This document shows, one piece after another, positions 34,247-43,559 of a stretch of 51,039 bases of DNA. Every line of letters starts with the position of its first letter. The first letter of the stretch is position 1. Both the position numbers and the translations under genes were made by a program. The stretch is taken from the NCBI GenBank assembly GCA_001778905.1, contig MFIQ01000001.1:9539-60577 (forward strand). The letters run 5' to 3'. The notes under the pieces are model-generated. The model was not told the origin of the DNA, ran no database searches, and saw only the letters and a list, made by a program, of their open reading frames with translations. The DNA is from Candidatus Giovannonibacteria bacterium RIFCSPLOWO2_12_FULL_44_15 (GTDB lineage Bacteria; Patescibacteriota; Minisyncoccia; JACPKW01; UBA11713).

Positions 34247-35088
34247 AATTATTCGACGTACATACGCACGTTCAGTTCGCGGCTTTCAATGAAGATAGAG
34301 AAGATGTAATAAAGCGGGCGCAAGAAAAGGAGGTCTACATGATTAATGTTGGGACCCAGTGGGATACGTCTTCGGCGGCTATTGATTTAGCAAAAAAATA
34401 CGAATCAGGAGTTTGGGCTACGGTTGGGTTGCATCCTATTCATACTTCAAAATCTTTTCATGATAAGGAGGAATTGGGAGGCGGAGAAGAAGCTCGAGAG
34501 TTTACTTCGCGTGGGGAAGAATTTGATTATGAAAAGTATAAGAAGCTTGCATTGGATGGGAAAGTAGTCGCACTTGGGGAATGCGGTTTAGATTATTACA
34601 GGCTTGAAGAGGGTACGCGGCATAGGCAAGAGAAAGTATTCATAAATCATATTGAACTTTCTCGCGACGTCAAAAAACCGCTAATGATACATTGCCGCCA
34701 AGCTTTTCCAGACCTGATTAAAATTCTCGAATCTTATCGTTCCTCGCTGATAGCGAAGCCCGGAGCGGTCCACTTTTTTTCCGGTACTACAGATAATGCC
34801 AAGAAATTAATGGATCTAGGCTTTTCTTTTTCTTTCGGAGGAGTTCTAACTTTTACGCATGAGTATGAAGATGTTGTAAAATATATCCCGCTCGACAGGA
34901 TTTTACTCGAAACCGACGCTCCTTACGTTGCGCCAGAGCCATATCGAGGAAAACAAAACGAGCCGAGTTATGTAATTGAAGTCGCAAAGAAAATAGCTGA
35001 AATTAAGGGGGACACCACTGAGGAGGTTATTGAAATAACTTTCAAAAACGCCGAAACGCTTTTTCTTGAAAAAAATCCTGAAAAATAA
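34243..35088 (+). CDS. TatD-family metal-dependent hydrolase (DNase)
   Basis: LFDVHTHV, GECGLDYY, MIHCR, SFGG and ETDAPY motifs are present. The metG-tatD adjacency is common in bacteria. Confidence 0.9.
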   Translation: MKLFDVHTHVQFAAFNEDREDVIKRAQEKEVYMINVGTQWDTSSAAIDLAKKYESGVWATVGLHPIHTSKSFHDKEELGGGEEAREFTSRGEEFDYEKYKKLALDGKVVALGECGLDYYRLEEGTRHRQEKVFINHIELSRDVKKPLMIHCRQAFPDLIKILESYRSSLIAKPGAVHFFSGTTDNAKKLMDLGFSFSFGGVLTFTHEYEDVVKYIPLDRILLETDAPYVAPEPYRGKQNEPSYVIEVAKKIAEIKGDTTEEVIEITFKNAETLFLEKNPEK

Positions 35089-35102
35089 TAGAATTCTGGG
35101 AT

Positions 35103-37580
35103 ATGTCGGCGTATTCCAAGATCGAAAATAAATGGAGAAAATTGTGGCTAAAAGCAGGGGTTTACGAACCGGATTTAAAGAAAGCAAAAAAACCTTTCTA
35201 TAATTTGATGATGTTCCCATACCCTTCAGCGGAAGGGCTTCATATTGGGAGTGTCAGGACTTTTACAGGAGTTGATATCTATGGAAGGTTTAAAAGAATG
35301 CAGGGGAACGATGTTTTTGAGCCGATTGGACTGGATGGATTCGGGATCAATTCGGAGAATTTCGCGCTGAAAATCGGTGTGCATCCTTCGAGACAGGCGA
35401 AAATTTCCGAAAAAAATTTTTACCGCCAACTCGAAATGATCGGGAACAGCTTTGCATGGAGAGAAAAACTTGAAACTTACGAACCGGAATATTACAAGTG
35501 GACGCAATGGGTTTTTGTCCAAATGTTTAAAAAGGGTCTCGCTTACCGCAAGCGCTCTCCTGTGAACTGGTGTCCATCCTGCAGGACGGTTTTAGCGGAC
35601 GAACAAGTAATATCCGGGGAATGCGAAAGGTGCAGTGCGAAAATAGAGAAAAAAGATTTGGAGCAATGGTTTTTCAAAATTACCAACTATGCTGAAAGGC
35701 TTTTGGCGGGCTTGGACAAAATTAATTGGACAGAAAGCGTTAAAACCACGCAGAAAAATTGGATTGGCCGCTCCGAGGGATATTCTCTCAAATTTCCCTT
35801 AATCGGCATCCCAGGCGAGGAAGATAGGAAACACTCGATTGATATTTTTACAACGCGGCCGGATACTCTTTTTGGGGTGACTTTCATTGTGATTTCCCCC
35901 GAACTCGCAAAAAGATGGATTAACGACGGATGGCAAGTGTCGGGCGATGTCAAAAAATATATTGCGCACGCTCTTTCTTTACGCGGGAATATAAAACGAG
36001 GAGAAGAAGAAAAGTCAGGGGTATTTCCCGGGATACACGCGATTAACCCAGCCAATCAGGAGAAAATTCCCGTATGGATTTCTGATTACGTTTTGGACGC
36101 ATACGGAACAGGGGCGGTAATGGCTGTGCCGGCGCACGACAGCCGAGATTTTGAGTTTGCAAAAAAATTCAATTTAACTATTCGCGAAGTAATTTCTCCT
36201 GATGGGCGGGATCACGATTTAAGAGCGGCGTATACAGACCCGGGAGTTTTGATAAATTCCGCAAAATTCAATGGGACCAATTCCGAGAAGGCAAAGATTG
36301 AAATAACTAAGTTTGCAGGAGGGGATAGAAAAATAAACTACCGCTTGCGGGATTGGCTCATCTCACGCCAGCGCTATTGGGGTCCGCCCATCCCGATGAT
36401 ATTTTGCGATTTCTGCCATAAGTCTGGGAAGGGAGAAAGAAAAGAAATGCCTGGGTGGCATTCCGTTCCCGAAAAAAATCTCCCGGTCAAGTTGCCTTTT
36501 ATCAAAGATTACAGGCCGCAAGGGACGGGAGAATCCCCGCTGGCAAAAGAAAGAAAATTTTCCAAAGCGAGGTGTCCCATGTGCAAGAATTGGGCGCGCC
36601 GCGAAACAGATGTATCCGATACTTTTTTGGATTCAACGTGGTACTTTTTCCGCTATCTGGATACAAAGAATAAGAATAAGCCATTCGATAAGCAGAGCGC
36701 AAAAAAATGGTTGCCGGTTAATATGTATATTGGAGGGGCGGAGCATTCCGTTCTACACCTTCTTTATTCCCGTTTTATTACCAAAGCTTTTTTCGACTGG
36801 AAAATAATTAATTTCGACGAACCGTTTAAAAAATTTAGGGCGCATGGGCTTATCATCAAAGACGGCGCCAAGATGTCCAAGTCAAAAGGGAATATTGTCA
36901 ACCCGGACGGCTATTTTAAGGATTTTGGCGCGGATGTGATGAGGATATACTTGGCATTTATGGCGCCTCTGGAGCAAGGCGGGGATTTTCGCGATCAAGG
37001 TATTTCCGGCATTGACCGATTTCTTGTCCGCGTCGGTAAATTGAAAGCCAAATTAGCGAAAACTTCAAAAGAGGGGCTTAGTGAGAATTCAGAAAAACTG
37101 CTCCATAAATCCATAAAAAAAATCGGGGAGGATATTGAAAACCTTCATTATAATACGGCTATCTCGCAGCTGATGATTCTTTTAAGCGAGCTTGAAAAAC
37201 TGGCATCTCTGCCATGGCATTCTTACGATATATTTTTAAAACTGCTTGCGCCATTCGCACCGTATTTAAGCGAGGAACTTTGGCAGGAATTTTCCGCCAA
37301 AGGCGGACCAGCCTCTGGCTGGAAAAAGCAAAATTCTATTCATCTCGAACCTTGGCCAAAATTCGACCCAAAAAAAATAAAGGACGAAAGGTTTAAATTA
37401 ATTATTCAGGTAAATGGGAAAGTCCGCGCGGTTTTGGATGCCACAATCGGTATTTCGGAAAAGGCGGCGCTTGAAATGGCCATGGAAGATGAAAGCGTCA
37501 AAAAATATATTTCCTCGCTCGCCGGCTCTCCAAAGAAAACGATTTTCGTCCCGGACAAGTTATTAAATCTTGTGATATAA
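35103..37580 (+). CDS. leuS: Leucyl-tRNA synthetase
   Basis: MFPYPSAEGLHIGS (the HIGH position reads HIGS), the CP1 editing domain (TTRPDTLFGVTF), RDWLISRQRYWG and KMSKSKGN are present. Confidence 0.95.
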   Translation: MSAYSKIENKWRKLWLKAGVYEPDLKKAKKPFYNLMMFPYPSAEGLHIGSVRTFTGVDIYGRFKRMQGNDVFEPIGLDGFGINSENFALKIGVHPSRQAKISEKNFYRQLEMIGNSFAWREKLETYEPEYYKWTQWVFVQMFKKGLAYRKRSPVNWCPSCRTVLADEQVISGECERCSAKIEKKDLEQWFFKITNYAERLLAGLDKINWTESVKTTQKNWIGRSEGYSLKFPLIGIPGEEDRKHSIDIFTTRPDTLFGVTFIVISPELAKRWINDGWQVSGDVKKYIAHALSLRGNIKRGEEEKSGVFPGIHAINPANQEKIPVWISDYVLDAYGTGAVMAVPAHDSRDFEFAKKFNLTIREVISPDGRDHDLRAAYTDPGVLINSAKFNGTNSEKAKIEITKFAGGDRKINYRLRDWLISRQRYWGPPIPMIFCDFCHKSGKGERKEMPGWHSVPEKNLPVKLPFIKDYRPQGTGESPLAKERKFSKARCPMCKNWARRETDVSDTFLDSTWYFFRYLDTKNKNKPFDKQSAKKWLPVNMYIGGAEHSVLHLLYSRFITKAFFDWKIINFDEPFKKFRAHGLIIKDGAKMSKSKGNIVNPDGYFKDFGADVMRIYLAFMAPLEQGGDFRDQGISGIDRFLVRVGKLKAKLAKTSKEGLSENSEKLLHKSIKKIGEDIENLHYNTAISQLMILLSELEKLASLPWHSYDIFLKLLAPFAPYLSEELWQEFSAKGGPASGWKKQNSIHLEPWPKFDPKKIKDERFKLIIQVNGKVRAVLDATIGISEKAALEMAMEDESVKKYISSLAGSPKKTIFVPDKLLNLVI

Positions 37581-37581
37581 C

Positions 37582-38274
37582 ATGAAAGCAGTAATACCTT
37601 CGGCGGGAGAGGGAATCCGCCTGCGCCCACTTACTCTTGATACACCAAAACAGCTTTTGGAGCTTCATGGGAAGCCTATCCTGGAGCATATTTTTGACTC
37701 ACTTCCGGACGAGATTGACGAGATAATTCTTGTTGTTGGCTATCTTGGGGATAAGATAGTTAAGCATTTTGGCACGAATTTTAAAGGTAGGAAAATTAAA
37801 TATGCTTGGCAGAAACAAAAGCGCGGCACATGGGATGCCCTATTGGCAGCGCGCAAGCATATCGGGAAGGGAAAATTTTTAATGCTTTACGGCGACGACA
37901 TCATCGATAAAAAAAGCATTAAAAAACTTTTAAAGCATGAGTTGGCGGTTCTGGCCAAAGAAGTTCCAGATCCTAGGAGATTTGGGGTAGTGGTTAAAGA
38001 TAAAAAAGGAAGGCTTTTGGAGTTGGTTGAAAAGCCGGAAAATCCGAAATCAAAATTAGCATTGACTGGTGTGAAAATATTGGACGAAAGGATTTTTCGC
38101 TATCCGGCCGCTAAACATAAAAACGGAGAATATTATGTGACGGATTCGGTTTCTAAGCTTGCCCGAGATCACGCGGTGATTGTGGAGGAGGCGGATACGT
38201 GGCTTTCTATTGCAACTCCCGAAGAATTAGCGCGTCTCAATGAAGATTTTAAAAATAAAAAAAGAAAAGCTTAA
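37582..38274 (+). CDS. Sugar-phosphate nucleotidyltransferase (NTP_transferase family)
   Basis: It has the N-terminal MKAVIPSAGEGIRLRPLTLDTPKQLL signature (G.G.R..PLT...PK). Confidence 0.8.
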   Translation: MKAVIPSAGEGIRLRPLTLDTPKQLLELHGKPILEHIFDSLPDEIDEIILVVGYLGDKIVKHFGTNFKGRKIKYAWQKQKRGTWDALLAARKHIGKGKFLMLYGDDIIDKKSIKKLLKHELAVLAKEVPDPRRFGVVVKDKKGRLLELVEKPENPKSKLALTGVKILDERIFRYPAAKHKNGEYYVTDSVSKLARDHAVIVEEADTWLSIATPEELARLNEDFKNKKRKA

Positions 38275-38761
38275 AGAAGCAGTCCAGGAAGCGGTTTTAG
38301 CGCTTGAGGCGGGGGAGGTTGTAAAAGTCCCGACGGATACCGTCGCCGGCTTAATTTGCGATTACTATAATAAAAAAGCAGAGAAGGAGATATTCAGGTT
38401 AAAGAAGCGCCCGGAGGAAAAAATACTTTCGATTTTTGTTTCTTCTATCGCAGAAGCGAAAAAACTTGTTCCGGTAATTGAGCGCCAAGAAAAATTTTTA
38501 GCTAGAGTATGGCCTGGAAAAGTAACCTGCGTACTAAAAAAAGATATCGGAGGATTCAGAATTCCAAATGATGAATTTATTTTAGGACTTCTTCAAAAAT
38601 TTGGCGGCCCGCTTTTGCAGACTTCTGCTAATATTTCAGGCGAGCCAGCAGTAGGCGGATTGCCTTCGACAGTAGTGGATATAAGCGGCGATAAATTGAA
38701 AATTCTCCGAGAAGGCGCTGTTTCTGGAACCGAATTACAAAAAATCTGGGATATGCTATAA
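38240..38761 (+). CDS. tsaC: L-threonylcarbamoyladenylate synthase (YrdC/TsaC domain)
   Basis: VPTDTVAGLICD, LLQTSANISGEP and PSTVVDI motifs are present. Confidence 0.8.
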   Translation: MKILKIKKEKLKEAVQEAVLALEAGEVVKVPTDTVAGLICDYYNKKAEKEIFRLKKRPEEKILSIFVSSIAEAKKLVPVIERQEKFLARVWPGKVTCVLKKDIGGFRIPNDEFILGLLQKFGGPLLQTSANISGEPAVGGLPSTVVDISGDKLKILREGAVSGTELQKIWDML

Positions 38762-38768
38762 ATTTTAT

Positions 38769-39944
38769 ATGCGCGATAAAGAAGTAGAAAAACTTATCAA
38801 AGCCGAAGAAAAGCGCCAAAAAAGCGTTATTAATTTAATACCGTCCGAGAACTATGTTTCGGATGATGTTCTGCGCGCACTAGGCTCGGTGTTGAATAAC
38901 AAGTATTCCGAGGGGTACCCTGGAGCGAGATATTATGGAGGGAATATTATCATCGATAAAGTTGAAGAGCTTTGCAAAAAACGCGCGCTTAAGCTTTTTA
39001 AATTGAATCCAGCCGAATGGCACGCGAATGTCCAGCCGCTTTCAGGATCTCCGGCGAATCTCGCGGTATATTCTGCGTTGGTCCCAATCGGCGGGAAAAT
39101 TATGGGCCTTCTTCTATCTTCGGGAGGGCATTTGACCCATGGGCAGAAAATGTCCATGACGGGGAAAATTTGGCAGCAAGTGCCTTACGAAGTTGATCCG
39201 AAGACAGAGACCCTTGATTATGAAGCGCTAAAAAAACTTGCGATAGCAGAGAAGACAAATATAATCGTCGCGGGATATACTGCGTACCCAAGATTTGTCG
39301 ATTGGAAAAAATTTAGGGAGATTGCGGATGCAGCGGGAGCGATTTTGATGGTTGATATGTCCCACATGGCAGGGCTTGTTGCAGGGGGAGTTTACCCAAG
39401 CCCCTTTCCTTATGCCGATGTTGTAACCACGACGACGCATAAGACTCTCCGCGGACCAAGATCAGCAATAATTTTTGCGAAGAAAGACGAACGGAGTTTT
39501 GATAAAAAAATTGATAAGGCAATTATTCCGGGACTTCAGGGAGGGCCGCACGAAAATGCTATAGCGGGGGTTGCAGTATGCCTGAAAGAGGCCATGAGCC
39601 CATCTTTTAAAAAATACGCCAAACAGATTATAAAAAATGCAAAGATTCTTGCGGGCGAACTTAAAAAAAGAGGATGGCGGATAATTTCCGGCGGAACCGA
39701 TTCGCATTTGCTCCTCGTCGATACTTGGATGAACGGAAAAGGATTATCCGGCAAAGACGCGGAAAGAGCTTTGGAGAAAGGCGGAATTATTGTAAATAAA
39801 AACACAATCCCGGGGGACCCCCGCGGGCCATTGGATCCCTCCGGAATCCGCCTCGGCACCCCTGCCATTACCACCCAAGGTATGAAAGAAAAAGATATGG
39901 CCAAAATCGCGGAGAAAATAGACAGGATTTTACACAAAAAATGA
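38769..39944 (+). CDS. glyA: Serine hydroxymethyltransferase
   Basis: INLIPSENYVS, SEGYPGARYYGG and VVTTTTHKTLRGPR (PLP lysine) are present. Confidence 0.95.
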   Translation: MRDKEVEKLIKAEEKRQKSVINLIPSENYVSDDVLRALGSVLNNKYSEGYPGARYYGGNIIIDKVEELCKKRALKLFKLNPAEWHANVQPLSGSPANLAVYSALVPIGGKIMGLLLSSGGHLTHGQKMSMTGKIWQQVPYEVDPKTETLDYEALKKLAIAEKTNIIVAGYTAYPRFVDWKKFREIADAAGAILMVDMSHMAGLVAGGVYPSPFPYADVVTTTTHKTLRGPRSAIIFAKKDERSFDKKIDKAIIPGLQGGPHENAIAGVAVCLKEAMSPSFKKYAKQIIKNAKILAGELKKRGWRIISGGTDSHLLLVDTWMNGKGLSGKDAERALEKGGIIVNKNTIPGDPRGPLDPSGIRLGTPAITTQGMKEKDMAKIAEKIDRILHKK

Positions 39945-40756
39945 TTGTAGACGGAAAGGCCATCGCCCAGAAAATAAAATCCGCGCTCAAAGAAGAAATA
40001 TCTAGGTCCAAACGGAAAATACGCTTGGCGGTTTTGAAAGTTGGGGACGATCCCGTGACGGCAAAGTATCTCGAAGTGAAAAAGAAATTTGCTGAGGCGA
40101 TAGGGGTGGACGTGCGTATTTACGAAGTACCAGTTGATATTTCAAACAATAAATTACGAGAGAGATTATCTGAGATAGTGCATATCGAAGAAAATGACGG
40201 GGTAATCGTTCAACTTCCAATGCCGGCAGGGATAAATATGCAGTATATTTTGGATGCGATAACTCTGGAAAAAGATCCGGATATGCTCTCATCGAAAAGT
40301 TGGGGAAAATTCTCGACGGGTAAATCCAAAATTTTTCCGCCGGTCGTTGGCGCCATTAAAACTATTTTTGACGAGAATAAAACAGAATTGAAGGGGAAAA
40401 ACGCGGTTGTTGTCGGCGCTGGACGGCTTGTCGGGAAACCCGTTGCAGCTTGGCTTATTGGGGAAGGGACTACCGTTTCGGTGATTGATGAAAATACCAA
40501 AAATCCCGAGGATTACACAAAAAAAGCGGATATAATAATTTCAGGAGTTGGCAAGCCCAGACTAATAAAAGCGGATATGGTTCGGGACGGAGTCGTCGCG
40601 ATAGATTGCGGGACTTCCGAATCGTCTGGCACTGTTTCTGGGGATATTGATCTGGATGTTTCCAAAAAAGCTTCCACATTCGCTCCGGTTCCGGGCGGTG
40701 TCGGCCCGATAACGATCGCGATGCTTTTTAGAAACTTAATCGAGCTTTCGAAATGA
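39941..40756 (+). CDS. folD: Bifunctional methylenetetrahydrofolate dehydrogenase/cyclohydrolase
   Basis: VGDDPVTAKYLEVKKK, VVGAGRLVGKPV and PVPGGVGPIT motifs are present. There is an ATGA overlap with glyA. Confidence 0.95.
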   Translation: MIVDGKAIAQKIKSALKEEISRSKRKIRLAVLKVGDDPVTAKYLEVKKKFAEAIGVDVRIYEVPVDISNNKLRERLSEIVHIEENDGVIVQLPMPAGINMQYILDAITLEKDPDMLSSKSWGKFSTGKSKIFPPVVGAIKTIFDENKTELKGKNAVVVGAGRLVGKPVAAWLIGEGTTVSVIDENTKNPEDYTKKADIIISGVGKPRLIKADMVRDGVVAIDCGTSESSGTVSGDIDLDVSKKASTFAPVPGGVGPITIAMLFRNLIELSK

Positions 40757-41235
40757 TTTACAGCAACCTCGTCATATTTTTCGGCAATTATCTGGCATGG
40801 ATTCTGGGCGCCGGCCTCGTTTTTTTTGTGATTTCGCAAAATAGAGAAAATTTCCGTGTTGCTATAGAAGCGCTTTTTGCCGGAATTCTTTCGCGTTTTG
40901 TTTTCGCGGAGATAATAAGATATTTTTATGATAAGCCGAGGCCGTTCGAAGTTGACGTTTCAATTCCCTTAATATTGCACGAAGTCGGGAAGTCGTTTCC
41001 ATCTGGGCACGCCGCATTCTTTTTTGCCGTTGCCACGACGCTATTTATTTATAACCGCAGATGGGGAATTGTATTTTTTATTGGGGCGATCGCGATGGGA
41101 ATCGGGCGCGTCTTGGCTCATATCCATTGGCCCATCGATATTTTAGGCGGGGCTTTGATAGGAATTGCGTCCGCCGCGATTATATGGAAAGTTATGCACA
41201 AACGGGGTTTGACGCGCAAAAGTGAAATAGCTTAG
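40753..41235 (+). CDS. PAP2-family membrane phosphatase (undecaprenyl-diphosphatase-like)
   Basis: The three acid-phosphatase motifs KPRPF, PSGHAA and GRVLAHIHWPIDIL are present within a membrane protein. Confidence 0.8.
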   Translation: MIYSNLVIFFGNYLAWILGAGLVFFVISQNRENFRVAIEALFAGILSRFVFAEIIRYFYDKPRPFEVDVSIPLILHEVGKSFPSGHAAFFFAVATTLFIYNRRWGIVFFIGAIAMGIGRVLAHIHWPIDILGGALIGIASAAIIWKVMHKRGLTRKSEIA

Positions 41236-41257
41236 TCTAATAGAGTTCTTCTTAAAA

Positions 41258-41372
41258 CTGGTGCAGATTCTTGATTACGGGCGTAGGTTGGGGAAGTAGG
41301 TGCGAATCCTACACAGTGCCGCTACGGTAATCCGCCAATTAGGCGGAAAGTCCGATGGCCAACCCTGCACGA
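41258..41372 (+). promoter_or_regulatory. Cobalamin (B12) riboswitch aptamer, compact variant
   Basis: The outer helix pairs GGTGCAG (41260-41266) with CTGCAC (41365-41370). The conserved core is GGGAAGTAGGTGCGAATCCTACACAGTGCCGCTACGGTAA (41290-41330), with stems GCGTAG/CTACG and GTAGG/CCTAC. The hairpin TCCGCC-AATTA-GGCGGA sits at 41331-41347. A B12-box-like AAGTCCGATGGCCAACCCTGC is at 41348-41368. The downstream genes contain DUF4430. Confidence 0.75.
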
Positions 41373-41424
41373 ATAGCATGTAACCCTCGAGCAAGGTCTA
41401 AACTTTATCAGATTTATTTTTGGT

Positions 41425-41446
41425 ATCCGCCTCGGGGCGGATTTTT
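41425..41446 (+). terminator. Intrinsic terminator forming the riboswitch expression platform
   Basis: ATCCGCC (41425-41431), loop TCGG, GGCGGAT (41436-41442), then TTTTT. It ends 5 nt before the ATG at 41452. Its stem sequence is identical to the aptamer hairpin at 41331-41347. Confidence 0.7.
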
Positions 41447-41451
41447 GCGTT

Positions 41452-43038
41452 ATGAGTATAAAAATTAAAAATTATTTAGTTACCTCCGCACTTTTATCGG
41501 CTTTAATTTTATTGCCGTTATTTCCTGTTCGAGGGGATATTGATCAATCCCTAGTGTATCTAAAAACCAAAACTCAAAATCCATGGGTCACGATGGCTCT
41601 TTTTGCGGCTGGAGATAATTCTGACGTGGATTATCTCAAGTCGTTTATTGGCACTAACGCTTCTGATTATGAAGCCGCTATTTTAGCTTTAACGGCGGCA
41701 GGCAAAGACCCCAGATCTTTCCCGAACGAAAATTTAATCCAAAAACTTAAAAATTTTTACTCAAATGGACAAATCGGCGATCCGTCTTTACTGAACGATG
41801 ATATCTTTGGCTTGCTTGCCCTTTTGTCGGCCGTAGAGCCTATTAGCGATGAAGTGTTAAGCGGAGCAAGAGATTTTATTGTTAAAAATCAAAATGTGGA
41901 CGGGGGCTGGGCTTTCGCGCTGTCATCGGGAAGCGATACAAATATGACCGCGATGGCTATAATGGCTTTGCTCGAAGCCGGGGCCTCCAAGACAGACGCG
42001 AATATCTCCAAGGCGCTCATTTATCTCAAGAGCGCGCAGAATTCTGACGGAGGATTCCCTTATGATCCAAAAAGCCCCTTTGGGACAGATTCAGACGCTT
42101 CGTCAGACGCATGGGTGCTATCTGCCTTGAATAAACTTGGAGAAAATTTAAATGACTGGAAAAAAGACGGTCAAGGCTTATCCGAACATTTGTTAAGCCT
42201 TCAGACACCCGCCGGATATTTTGAATATCAAAAAGGCAGCGGTGAGGATGCTTTCAGCCCCATAACAACTTCTTATGCCGTAATTGCGCTTAGCAGGAAA
42301 TATTATCCGGTGTCAAAAAGTGCGCCTGCAGCGGATCCAGCAATAGGTTTTAAAATCGAAGGAAAAACTAAGGTATATTGCGAGGGCGAAGCGCAAGCTT
42401 CAGATGCTTTGGAATTAGTGAAAATAGCCGCTTCGAATTGCAATTTTACTTATAATATCAAAGATACTTCTTTCGGGCCGTATTTGGAACAGATTGGGGA
42501 TGATACGGTCTCTGGAACTGATGGCTGGCTCTATGCGGTGAACTTCATCTTGCCAAATATCGGCGCAGCGGATTACAAGCTAAAGAGCGGTGACTATGTT
42601 TTATGGCATTTTGGAGCATTTGATTGGCAGCCGCAAAGCACCTCAATAACTTTAAAAACAAAAGTTGGCGGCACTTCAGGAAGCCCAGGAGAAAATAATC
42701 CAAATCCGCCCGAGGACGAGATTTCGTTGAATTTATCAATCCCAGGAGCTGGGGGCAATTTGGATTTCGGAGATATACTGCCGGGTGATGCCAAAACTAA
42801 ATCCGTTAAGATTACAAATTCCGGGGATGTCCAGCTCTTTATTGAGGGGATCGTCACTGGGGATGGTATATTCAGAGATTATCTTAAGATAAACGATTTA
42901 TCTTGGCGGGATTTTGGGGCAAATCTTGGCGCTGGCGCGAGCGAAACCGAGAAGATTGGAATACAAATTCCAAGTTCGTATGCGAATCCCGGCGAGAAAG
43001 AAGGCCTCCTTATTTTTTGGGGAACATCCGGACAATGA
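41452..43038 (+). CDS. Secreted/anchored protein: alpha/alpha-toroid (prenyltransferase/terpene-cyclase-like repeats) + DUF4430 + Ig-like domain; putative extracellular cobalamin-binding protein
   Basis: It has a signal/anchor (YLVTSALLSALILLPLFPV). Toroid repeat motifs VDGGWAF, SDGGFPY and TPAGYFEY occupy aa about 30-285. A DUF4430-like segment, GWLYAVNFILPNIGAADYKLKSGDYVLWHFG, occupies aa about 297-390. The C-terminal beta-sandwich reads LDFGDILPGDAKTKSVKITNSGDV. It is the first gene after the B12 riboswitch. Confidence 0.6.
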   Translation: MSIKIKNYLVTSALLSALILLPLFPVRGDIDQSLVYLKTKTQNPWVTMALFAAGDNSDVDYLKSFIGTNASDYEAAILALTAAGKDPRSFPNENLIQKLKNFYSNGQIGDPSLLNDDIFGLLALLSAVEPISDEVLSGARDFIVKNQNVDGGWAFALSSGSDTNMTAMAIMALLEAGASKTDANISKALIYLKSAQNSDGGFPYDPKSPFGTDSDASSDAWVLSALNKLGENLNDWKKDGQGLSEHLLSLQTPAGYFEYQKGSGEDAFSPITTSYAVIALSRKYYPVSKSAPAADPAIGFKIEGKTKVYCEGEAQASDALELVKIAASNCNFTYNIKDTSFGPYLEQIGDDTVSGTDGWLYAVNFILPNIGAADYKLKSGDYVLWHFGAFDWQPQSTSITLKTKVGGTSGSPGENNPNPPEDEISLNLSIPGAGGNLDFGDILPGDAKTKSVKITNSGDVQLFIEGIVTGDGIFRDYLKINDLSWRDFGANLGAGASETEKIGIQIPSSYANPGEKEGLLIFWGTSGQ

Positions 43039-43559
43039 TAAGGCCCACTCTGGTTATTGCAATCTTTTTTCTTGCCGTATCAAGCGTATATGCAATCGGA
43101 TTATCCGTATCTCCGCCCGAATTAAACGCTTCCGGAACGATTTTTAAGGCGGCATCTGCGAAATTCACCGTTAAAAATTCTTCGAACGAAGTTGCGCTTT
43201 TTGAAATTTATCCGGATGACTTTACGGGCGAGATAAAAATTTCTCCCGAAAGTTTCGTTTTGAATCCGGGGGATAAAAAAGAAATTTTAGCCGAGGCCGG
43301 CTTTAAAAAATCTGGCAAATATAGAACCGATATTTCCGTTGTCGCAAAACCGATGACTGGATCTTCCTTGAAGGCGGCCGGGGGGTTAAAAATCCCGTTC
43401 ACTGCCGATATAGGCGAGGAGAGATCTACGCAGTTGGGGCTCCTTATGTCTTCTATAAACATGGAGACCTTGATAATCCTCTCTGCAATATTTGCGCTTG
43501 GAATTTTGGTTTTCGGTTTGAAATATGGTTTTCAAAAGTTCAAAAAAGCTAAAAACTAG
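43035..43559 (+). CDS. Secreted Ig-like (PapD/MSP-like pattern) protein with C-terminal TM anchor
   Basis: The start is taken at ATG 43035, overlapping the upstream stop (ATGA). It has a signal peptide (LVIAIFFLAVSSVYA), then FTVKNSSNEVALFEIYPDDF, and a C-terminal TM helix (LIILSAIFALGILVFGL). Confidence 0.55.
   Translation: MIRPTLVIAIFFLAVSSVYAIGLSVSPPELNASGTIFKAASAKFTVKNSSNEVALFEIYPDDFTGEIKISPESFVLNPGDKKEILAEAGFKKSGKYRTDISVVAKPMTGSSLKAAGGLKIPFTADIGEERSTQLGLLMSSINMETLIILSAIFALGILVFGLKYGFQKFKKAKN

Noticed and set aside
16596-35102. I checked for T-box leaders upstream of the aminoacyl-tRNA synthetase genes.
   Set aside because: The leaders are 0-40 nt for argS, glyQS, metG and leuS, and about 115 nt for ileS. 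No T-box sequence (AANNNGGGTGGTACCGCG-like) is present.
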